Assembly (NCBI GenBank): GCA_051294905.1
Contig: CM119385.1
Coordinates: 14,942,001-15,006,000, forward strand
DNA length: 64,000 nucleotides
Source: Botryllus schlosseri
Lineage: Eukaryota
Direction of reading: 5' to 3'
Position 1 is the stretch's first letter; every line of letters begins with the position of its first letter. Shown one piece after another: positions 14,396 to 24,179 of this stretch. Made by a program: the position numbers and the translations under genes. The notes under the pieces were generated by a model, which was not told where the DNA came from, made no database searches, and saw only the letters and a list, made by a program, of their open reading frames with translations.

Positions 14396-14410
14396 AATGT
14401 GGTGTGAACG

Positions 14411-14438
14411 CAGGGATATCTAGTTCTAGATATCCCTG
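14411..14438. mobile_element. 28-bp TIR-only hAT-like micro-element
   Basis: cagggatatctag-tt-ctagatatccctg (perfect 13-bp inverted repeat) flanked by perfect 8-bp tgtgaacg; the other copy of the host repeat has a single tgtgaatg and no insert. Confidence 0.8.
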
Positions 14439-16340
14439 TGTGAACGGAATCACGCCGACCCGTTACCAAAATTATATTCATCGATACTTTCGTGAAATCA
14501 TACTGGTAACTCCGCATCCACTGCGCGCGAAGCGAAAATTCTGGGTTTTACTCAACTTTAATGAAAATTAAATGTTGATGCTCCGTGAAAACAGCCCCGT
14601 AATTCCTCAGGCTATCTTCCTGATTGGAAGAATGAACTACTTCTACTTGACAAACTGAAAATAGCGAAAAGTAAGTATAAGTAGATCACAAAATATTACG
14701 AAGTATAAGTAGAAGTGGCGAAAATCTGATCTACTTGAGTAAGTACCATAAGTAGAGGAAAACTACTTGAGTACTTCGAAAAAGTAGAAGTAGGCCTACT
14801 TCGTTACTGACCACCTCTGCCTATCAGGTTGTGAACTTGCAAGGCCGCGACACTTGGGATGTTGATGACTATAAATATCAGTTCCAACTAATGATAGATA
14901 GGCATACATCGATATACATGGTTCCGACACATTGGCAGATCCAGGGTTCAGTCACATTTGTAGTAGTAAATCCACGTACGTTACGATAAAGTAGAATAGT
15001 AGTAAAATTTTTCTTCATGCATCGCGTAGTAGGCCTACTCGATTTCTTGCTTTTGAAATTGCGGGTCCCCATGGAGTGCACTCCTTAAAATGGAAAAAAA
15101 CGCCTAATTTATCCGAATTACTAACTATATTCGCAATTAGGAGAGATAGTCTTTTCGCGTTTGCGCTCGCAGGAAGACCGTCCACGATGATACCTAGGCA
15201 CAAAATGATTGCCGCGTATTAGCGGGGATCGATATGTCCAGATGCCGAATATAGTCCTGTCCTTACAAACTGAGCCCAGCGGGAGGTATGCAGTAGACCC
15301 GCAATATACTCAAGAAATATTATAATTGACCTAGTTCATGTAGAAACTTTGATGAATTTTCGCGCCTCGCGCGCCTAGTGACCCCGCGCACTCTTTCGTC
15401 AATTGCATGTGGCCCTTTAGCCGAGAAGGTTGGCCGCCCTAGTATAGATACAATCTATATAATGACAGTGCGGTATAAATCATATTTACGTGCGCTTGAT
15501 TAGTAAACTTTTTCATCAATTGTCGAATTCTTTTGAATTTTAGTATCCCAGCAAACACATTACGGCAAGTGGATATCCGTCGGATAACTTGTCATTTGGC
15601 CCAGATTCATCCTAGTGCCATCCGGTTGCACCGAGCGTGTCGACTCCTGGTGTTATCCAGTGGGTGACCACTGACCATCCATCAAGTCATTTCTGAGTCA
15701 CTTCCTGGCCACTGTAGGGACAAAGTCCGGTTGGGACCGATATCCATAGACTAGCCACTGATCAACCCTCTGAATACTATCTAGCTCCTGGACCTGCATA
15801 TTTCCTTACCACAGGTTAGGCGACGCACAAATACACTTACACAAGATTGATTTTCAGGCAAAAAGTTTATATTATCGAATTGTCAACAATAAAAACTAAG
15901 CAGCAACGAGTAAAATTAACAACGGCTCTAAATCACGTCAAAATCAATCACTCACTCTAGTTCAAGACATACAATAAAGCAACAGGTGGACTCAAAAATA
16001 TCACAAGCAGTCGATCAATTAATCAATCAGGCTAAAAATATGATGACTACGAAGTATGTACACTGGGAGGATCACAGAATACCACACATACACAACTTAT
16101 CAGAAATACCAGAGGTTGGCAATTATATGCAATTATAAAAACTGCAGCAAAGTAAAGCACAGCATTGAGTCAAAGCAACAATAATTGTCAATCAATCAAG
16201 GTAAAGAAGCATGCACACTGGAAGGATTACAGAATACGACACACGGACAAGTGTTAAAAAATTATGATAGGTCGAAGCAATTACCTAGAATTCTGCCTAT
16301 GAGAATAAAACAAGACACGCACTGCATTACACATGCACAT

Positions 16341-16756
16341 TAGGGCTCTTCAAAAATAACTTTTTTTCTCAAATCGTACTGGCTACTTGATAAAATTGTT
16401 AGGTTACCTAAAAGCCTACACACAAAATTTGGTTCAATTCCAGCCAGTAACCGCTTTGCTACAGGAGAAGGAAGTTCCTATTTATTATATAAAAATAAAT
16501 GACAAAAAATTTGAAAAATTTCTGTTCACCCCATGAAAGTGTTAGGCTGTCTATAGAAACGATGCTCACCAAATTTGGTTCAATTCCAACCAGTGGAAGT
16601 GGAGTTATTGCCGTTTAAAAATTTGGATTTGAATAAAATAGTATTTACGGTGAGCACAACTATAATAAATAAACAAAGAATCGGTCACCGTAATTACTAT
16701 TTTATTCAAACCCAAATTTTTCGACGGCAATAACTCCGCATTTTTGAAGAGCCCTA
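16341..16756. mobile_element. hAT MITE, 416 bp
   Basis: TIRs tagggctcttcaaaaa / tttttgaagagcccta; perfect TSD atgcacat. Confidence 0.92.
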
Positions 16757-17922
16757 ATGCACATACACAAATGTATCAGAAAAACAGAGGCTGGCAAGTT
16801 TTGAAAATCATTATGCCAACAATACATAGCGATACATTCAAAATTGCAGTGCAGTAAAAAAAGCACAGCATCGAGTCGAAGCAACAACTGTCAAATCAAG
16901 TTGCAAAATTACGTTCACTATATGAGAATACCATAGGAAAAAAAAATTCAAAGTGGCAGGTTGAAGTTCTTCAATCACAGTAAAAAGACATGCACCGTTA
17001 CACACTAGGGAAATATCCGATGTTGATATTTAAGAATTAAGATGGCAAGTTTTGAAGGTGAAGAGGTAATACGAATAGAGATACAAAAAAACAGGATGTT
17101 TTATTCTGGTCAATTGCTCGTTACGACATCCTCTATGTGCAGATCTGTCACACATTGAGCAAGGTGCAGTATAACAAACAAAGCACTTCTACTCGGGTTT
17201 CGCCTACTTGTACTGCATGTTTTTTTACTACTTCTACTTAGGTTTTTCAGACATAACCAGTAAGATAGCCCCTAGAATGTAGTAAATAGTGGATGCAATT
17301 TAGAAATCGCACTATAATTGGAGTGCCATTATATATTTTTCGCGTACATCCTGCAATTTTGATAGCGGCCTCTACCAACTGCAGTAACCTGCAAGTGTGC
17401 GACTCGTTCTACTTTTGGAAAGTACTCAAGTAGTCACAATTTCAGATCCATCTTTACTTGAGCAGCAAGGATGACTCACTTTCACCCCTTTTTGATCGTA
17501 TATACCGTGTCTAGAGCGGATGAAAATAATAATCAGCAGAATCAACTGTAACTTGTAAAAAATTCCACAGCAAGCAATGCACACTTGCAAGCAACAATCT
17601 CTCTAGCTGGAAATATCTTCAATCTTCATACAGGTTCAACTTGCAACGAGGTCAAAAGTTGGTATGAGGGAAATGACTTTATACTGCATCCTCTTCCTTG
17701 TCTGCGTAAGACTGAGACAGGATACGGACTTGTTCTGCATTCTTGTCCTAAAATAATTAGCAAGAAAATCATTACAAGCGAACATGAAACGATCCTTCAA
17801 AATGCTACCAATTCCGAACGACTTGCAAAATTCACTCAAACACTGACAAAGTACAGCATACTATGCATAATCGCACAAATCATGAATATTAAAATTTATG
17901 ATCATTATGGAACAGTGGACAC

Positions 17923-18110
17923 TAGGGGTGTTCAAAAAAAACTTTTTTCAAATTTGATTGGCTTAGCTGGCAAATCATTAGGTTACCTAAAATACCTTGC
18001 ACAAAAAAATTTGACTCATTTCTATTCGCAGATGCTGAGGTCATCCAATTAGAAATTTCCATCATTTTTCAAATAATAGTATTTACGATGGAAAATTTCA
18101 CCACTCCGAC
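17923..18110. mobile_element. Truncated MITE related to 16341-16756
   Basis: Starts taggggtgttcaaaaa and shares ttaggttacctaaaa...cacaaaa; no right TIR found. Confidence 0.5.
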
Positions 18111-18393
18111 ATGATCAAAATGCCTAAGATGTAGGGATGCTTTTTCCCACTCATTTCAATCTTTACAGGGGCCCATTGTAGAGTTTGGATGAAGACATCG
18201 CCAGTTGACGAATAAAAGATATGACACGGATTAGCTGGAAATTAGTAGACTTCATTGAAATAGCTAATAGACACGTTCAAATGATGGTAATAATAATAAA
18301 CTACTTTTCACACTAATATTAACGACCACGAAAATGAAAAAAAAAACTGACACATAGGTAAAACAAGGGTAAATATATGAGTATGGTCATGGT

Positions 18394-19493
18394 CATAGGC
18401 GCCGAGTTACGGGGTGGCACCCCATTCAATATGCTGAAACGCCCGCCGTCTGCGATTTCAAATTTTCGTATATCTCTATTGTCTAGTCATTTCGATACGA
18501 CATCAGCGCTGTCAATGAGCAAGTCCGTGATATCGCGTAAATGCCAACTATTTACCATTAACCGATACACACGCAAATAATTGAATACGCAGCTTCGTAG
18601 GCGGCGACAAACTAATGCTTGAAACGCTCCAATAAATTGTAACCCGGGATTTCGACATGCATTTGTCGTGTTGTCAGACTAGGTTCCGACCCATTGTGCT
18701 GTATTCAAGTTGGTGAATTACAGATTAGATGCGCCAGGCGAGGCCTACAATATTCGTATCGTAGGCCTCGGATGCGTGCTTTTTCGTCTGCTATCATCTG
18801 TGGGCTACTAATTCTTGTCTGGTTTATACACTCGCATTTCCTCGATGTCACGTGTCGGTGTTTGATTCGTTGATAATACTGTGCATTGTGCAGTGCACGG
18901 CGTTGAATTACGTTGTCAAATAGTGATGCAACACGAGGTTTTCTGTGGCGTAAATTCTGAATTTATTCGATTAGTTCGAACGGGAACCTTCTATTTTCCA
19001 ATACAATAAACTTCATTGCTGGACGGACTCGAGCTCAACCATATCGCGGATCGAATTTCAAACCATTTAGCGCGTCCGCATGCACGCTATAATCGCTGGC
19101 ATGAAATATCACGTGCGCAAGGCTATGCCTGATATCGTTACCAGCCTGAACTATCGAGTCTACAGCAGGACTGGCGCATGTGATAACATCGCTGGCCTAA
19201 ACTATAGCGTCTGCTACAGACATCATATGATTTGCCTGCTATTTCTACTTATTTGATTGTTATGTTATACTGGCTTAAGACTGCCAGCGTCAAATTGAAT
19301 AAACCTGAATCTGCGCAATTGGCCACGAACAGACGCGAAGGAACGTAATTGATTCGCGCTAATACTGAAACATCAGAAGATGCATGTACTTAACCGTAAT
19401 AAATGATGCTAACTTGGTAAATTTTAAGAAATTTCAAACCCCTCCCTTGTTTCATCTGGTCACCCTATGTAGAAATAGAAGTCGGCGCCTATG
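18394..19493. mobile_element. ~1.1-kb element bounded by 12-bp inverted repeats
   Basis: cataggcgccga ... tcggcgcctatg; flanks only partly similar (gtcatggt / agtatggt), so the superfamily is unresolved. Confidence 0.55.
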
Positions 19494-20015
19494 AGTATGG
19501 TTATGCAATATAACCATTATCCCCTTTGCGCAATATATTTAGACAATCAATATTGCATCTACCTCGTATTGCTGATTTCTGTTTTTGGATGGTGCATGGC
19601 GCAACACCGATCTGACTTCAATCTCGTAGTCCTTTTCCGGAACAGTCGTAGAATATTGCAACAAGCACCTAAACAGGAAGATTATAGTAAACAATTTATA
19701 GAGACGACAACTAGTTCAACCTACGATATATAATATATTGTATAAACTCAGTGCACACAGAGCTTTCTTCCCAGTTCTGCTCAACTTTATCAGTTGCCAC
19801 TCTATTGGGAAACTCAGGGCTAATCAATTAAATATACCATATACTCACCATTTCCAGTAGGAAATTCCCAGCAGAATGAACCTAGACGGCTCTCTCTAGG
19901 AAGGGCTACTTGCTGAGACAACGTATCTGAACAGATAAATAACAGTCAGTGGCAACTCAAACACGCAATAACGGGCATGGGTTGATTAAACGCAGTCAAA
20001 TAATGGTAATCTTAT

Positions 20016-21933
20016 AGCTGGCGAACAGAGTGCAAAATTTAATAAAACAGGTCTCAATATAAAGCTACTTTCGCACTGATTCAGAAACTATAAATTAAAA
20101 TCTGGTACGGGCACTAAAACCCCCGAAAATTGCTTTTAAAATCTACATTGTTTCTAACAAAGGTAGCGGCAGTAGACAATGACAAATTAAATGTGTAGAA
20201 CTGATTGTGACATCATTGAACGCCTTGGCGAAGTCGTGCTGAATATATATTACAATGAAATTCAAGAACCGCTGTGCCGAATGGAACAGACTGTTTAGTA
20301 GATCGGCCTGTTGCGTACCAAGAAATACGCGTTGATCAGGCGCGTAGCCAGCCGAAAAATAAGGGGGGGGTTTGAAATAAAAGGGGGGGGTTCGATTTTT
20401 TCCGAATTTTGTAACATAGCATCGATTCGTTAGGGTTAAGTACATGTGATGCGTAAATAACGATTATAAAACATTCCCGTGTTGGCGATTATGGGCGTAT
20501 GATAAGCTTGTCGACGAGTCCGGAAGTGCTGTTAATTAACGACTCCCTGATCTGTCGTGAACAATCAGAAACGCACTCGTCGAACATTTGAAAACACGCG
20601 CTTATCAACGCGCCGAACAATTAAATTCGCGCGCTTATCACAGCGTCCAACAATTAAATACGCCCGCTCATCAATGCGTCTTGCGTCTTACGTAGCCTCG
20701 TGACGAATTGCGCAAGTAAAAATGTACGAGGTTTTATGGAATATGTTCTATAATAACGCCGATTTCAGGTGGCTCCAACCTTACTTCTTTCATAACTCAA
20801 GCCTACTGGACTATAACTGAAGACTAGTGGAAATCAATTACGCATGTACGTACGCACGCGTCGAACATGATTGCGGACATTCGATGTCGTTCAGTTACGA
20901 GATGTCACTCTTTAATCACAATCGCTAATCAGCATATACTTAATCGCATTTTATCCAAGCCATCGAGAAATAGGAGCCAAAGCATGGTAGGCCCAAGACG
21001 CGGTAGTTAGGCTAGCGATATCTTTAGTACTAGGCCTATTGCAGATGCGATTGTGTAGGCAAGCGAAGACATCGTGCACACCAAGCCAATGCAGATGTGA
21101 TTGTGAAGGCCAGTGACGATATCGTGCGCATAGGGCCTATTGCAGATGTGATTATTCAAGCCAGCGGAATTAGGCTTGTTGGAGACGCGGTAAATCAGGC
21201 TAGTAATAATTGCCGAACGCGCGACAATGAATGACCTGATTTCGCAATCATCTCAGCGGGAGATCGTGTCGCGTTACATTGTGCAGTGCAATGCGCTGCG
21301 CATGGACGAATCTCGCTAATTAGCAATACGACTTTCGTTAATTGGCCGCGCCTTTCGTTATTGGCCGCGCGCAATACTGATAATACAACTTATTGAATTG
21401 CAACCGAGTATTAGCGTCAGAGCGGTCATTTAAAAAGGATGAGGTTTCGCGTTAAAGGAGGGGGTTTCGCGTTTCTAAAGGAGGGGGTTTCGACCCCCGA
21501 AACCCCCCCCCTGGCTACGCGCCTGGCGTTGATAGTAAATTCTATGATATATGTTTAGGCTTTTGTGCTATAATGTATACTTATCCAAATTTTTGAATGC
21601 GCGACGACGCATAAAATACACAAACTATTCACATTACGACTTATTTGCGCTACAGCCATTGATACGACGCGCTATACTCTGAGAATCACGGGGAACACGG
21701 CAAACGACTTTGCCAAGGCGCCCAATGATGTCACAATCAGTACGAGACATTGAACGGTCATTGTCTACCGACGTTACCATTGTTAGAAAAAAAAATGACT
21801 TTGGCCTGTCGAGGGCGATTTCCGGGGCATTCCAGTGCCCGGACCAGATTTTAATTTCTCTTTTCAGAGTCAGTGCGAAAGTAGCTTTCTATTGAAACCC
21901 GTCTAATTAAATTGTTCATTCTGGTCGCCAGCT
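20016..21933. mobile_element. Old long-TIR element (Kolobok-like?) with ~225-bp inverted arms
   Basis: 20016-20240 aligns in reverse complement to ~21706-21933 (e.g. accagattttaattt, tcagtgcgaaagtagcttt, ccaaggcg..caatgatgtcacaatcagt); ends agctggcga; flanks ttat / ctaa could be decayed TTAA. Confidence 0.55.
20337..21525. mobile_element. hAT-type non-autonomous element, 1189 bp, with internal tandem repeats
   Basis: 15-bp TIRs caggcgcgtagccag / ctggctacgcgcctg; perfect TSD gcgttgat. Confidence 0.92.
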
Positions 21934-24179
21934 CTAACATTAACGCTGAGTTATCAAATTGGAAGTTTCTACAGTCATCATTGCATGAGCTGAGCATAGA
22001 AAATTTCAAATAATTCATAACTTACATACGGTGTACCCAGCTCAGCTTTCTAGACTATATATAAGAGTTAAATAATTTTTTTTACAAATTAAACGGTCAT
22101 AACTGCTGATTTCTTGATGTTTTGATACCACATGGAGGAATTAAGCTCTAACCTGCATTTGGTAAATTGGTGATGCACTGTCCGTAAAATCATGACATTA
22201 CTGGCAGATTTCTTCCTTCACTTTTCTTCAAGATGCTGAGATTTCTTTTCGAACTGTTTCGCCCGAGCTTCAGCAAGATCAGTATCACTGGTATCAGTGG
22301 AACATGTGCGTTTTCTTTGAATCTTCTCGTGACCACACGAATCAGACCTTGAATCGGAATCATATTCGGTAGATCTTCGTATCCGTCGTCTTTTCCACGC
22401 ATCCGATGCCGAGCTATCCAAGTTAGTATTGCAATACTCAAACCATAGCGCTGGGTAGAATTGAATATCGGTACTTCAATAATACAATTTGGAAGCCAAG
22501 CATTATTATCATGATTGAAATACCAGCAATCACGACTCTTGAGTAGGGATGTCTATCACTCAATTTGGGTTACGGGTCTCATTCAAAAATTCTGATAGCT
22601 TGCGGTCAGTCAAGTGATACCTTCCAATCCATTTCCAGTTATTAATCACAAAACAGTAACTCTTACCTTATGTTGATCAAGAAATCAGGTTTGGTTACAA
22701 TAAAAGGACGTACTATAACAGTATCAACTCTAAACCTACCTACCTACCGAACAGCGAACATCCGTCATTAGCTCTTTAATACTATATGGAATATGGATTT
22801 AAAAACCAAGCGCATTTTCGTTGTGCACATACGCCACTTCTGACTATAACCGTATCATTATCATTGACTGACTACACTGCTACAACCAGTGGTTACGGTT
22901 AAGTAATCACCGAGCTAAGTGGCACACAGCAAATGTCGAAAATGCTTCTCGCCGCTGACAACAATTCACTTCACAGAATCATGGTTCAAACTTCCCAGAC
23001 GAAAATTTGAATCACGTGAACTGGGCTCGCTGCGCAATGCGCCACTGCGCATATCGATGAAAAAGGCTAATGATCTCATTCACTTCACGTATGGCGCGAC
23101 GCACGAGGAAAGCTCGTCAATCGTTGAGTGGTATTCAGCGGGGTAACATCACTTAGCTATATAACATCGGTAAAACATTATGAGATACAAATATTGTAAT
23201 TGTAAAATTGTAAAGTTTATTACATGCTCGAAAGAAAAGTACGAAAGAGAATGTACCATTAACTATTCAATATACCAGCATATAATCCCTGTAAATTATA
23301 TGGCGATCAAGTCAGATTCACTGTGCCCAGTCGCCATTTCTGCCGACCCATTGAACGCATTCAAGTGAAAAACGCTAAACATCTCACGGCATGACGCACG
23401 CGAAAAGTTCGTAACATCTTTCGGAATTGCGAATGTTCACCACAGGAACAAACAGTAACACGACAGCTAAAAGGGCACAGAAATGGCAATGTTTAAAAGC
23501 TTGAAATGTAGGCCCGACAGTGAATATTGACCGTTCAATGCCAGCATGCATAATCCGGTTACGTGACGTCGCTATGAAGAATCACGTCCAGTGACGATTT
23601 TCCTTCAAATTCTATTGAAATATTTTGAAATACTGAAATGTGTGCAATTTGTGCATATCAGCGTCGGGAGTTAATGAGAGGTTAACTTTATAGCTGAAAC
23701 AAAATGGAGCTATCCTCACACTGTCCGAATATGATATCCATTGGAATTCTGATTCGCACTTTCAGTGGACTATCCCGAATTCGGTGTGTAAATGTGCGAT
23801 TTACTTTCGAACTGTACTCTTGAAATATCTTGAAAGGATGAAATATGTGCCCTTATCAGCAAAACTTGAGTGGTTGACTTTTTAGCTGATACAACATGGA
23901 AATATCCGCACACTGTCAGATTATGATATCCATTGAATATTGAATTGGGACTTTTAGTGGACTATCCGAAATGATTTTCTGTATGTATGTCCTAGGATAT
24001 CCGAACCGGACATTTTCGAACGTGGATAGCCAAGTATTAGCCCACGTCTGTCCAACCGGACACTGGGACACTCGGACACTGCTTGGATAGCCGTAGGCAA
24101 TTATGTGTTTGCTGGGATGACTCGAGTTCGTCCAAGATACCAAGTTCAAGCAGTTTCTCCTGATTATATATACTAACTC

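Larger units (their letters stand above)
13280..14819. mobile_element. hAT non-autonomous element, 1540 bp (cagaggtggtca family)
   Basis: 12-bp TIRs cagaggtggtca / tgaccacctctg; perfect 8-bp TSD cctatcag; ctactc/aagtag subterminal repeats; inverted second copy at 24180-25220. Confidence 0.92.
13015..15441. mobile_element. Charlie-like hAT non-autonomous element hosting nested insertions
   Basis: Ends caggggaggccaac / gttggccgcccta; flanks gtatagag / gtatagat (7/8); about 0.7 kb after removing the nested elements. Confidence 0.7.
19539..22650 (-). pseudogene. Degraded, intron-containing DUF4806-like ORF inside the CMC-like element
   Basis: Pieces: ~22650-22150 (KR/SD-rich, several stops), 19926-19849 (AG/GT-bounded, open), ~19820-19725 (SRTGKKALCALSLYNILY), 19668-19539 (CLLQYSTTVPEKDYEIEVRSVLRHAPSK...*). 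GKKA..L.L and LRHAP resemble DUF4806 C-terminal motifs as I recall them. Confidence 0.45.
15547..24116 (-). mobile_element. Decayed CMC/EnSpm-like DNA transposon, ~8.57 kb including nested insertions
   Basis: 14-bp TIRs cccagcaaacacat / atgtgtttgctggg (CMCWR-type start); AT dinucleotide on both flanks; gatatcc/tatcc subterminal motifs at both ends; ~90-bp direct duplication at ~23690-23780 and ~23880-23970; degraded minus-strand ORF inside. Confidence 0.6.

Noticed and set aside
14878-15081. ORF with NFKSKKSSRPT, faintly like a hAT transposase C-terminus
   Set aside because: Similarity is too short and the conserved S.Y.CE..FS motif is absent.
17585-18052. 155-aa plus-strand ORF
   Set aside because: Runs from the CMC-like interior into a MITE fragment; no ATG start or domain.
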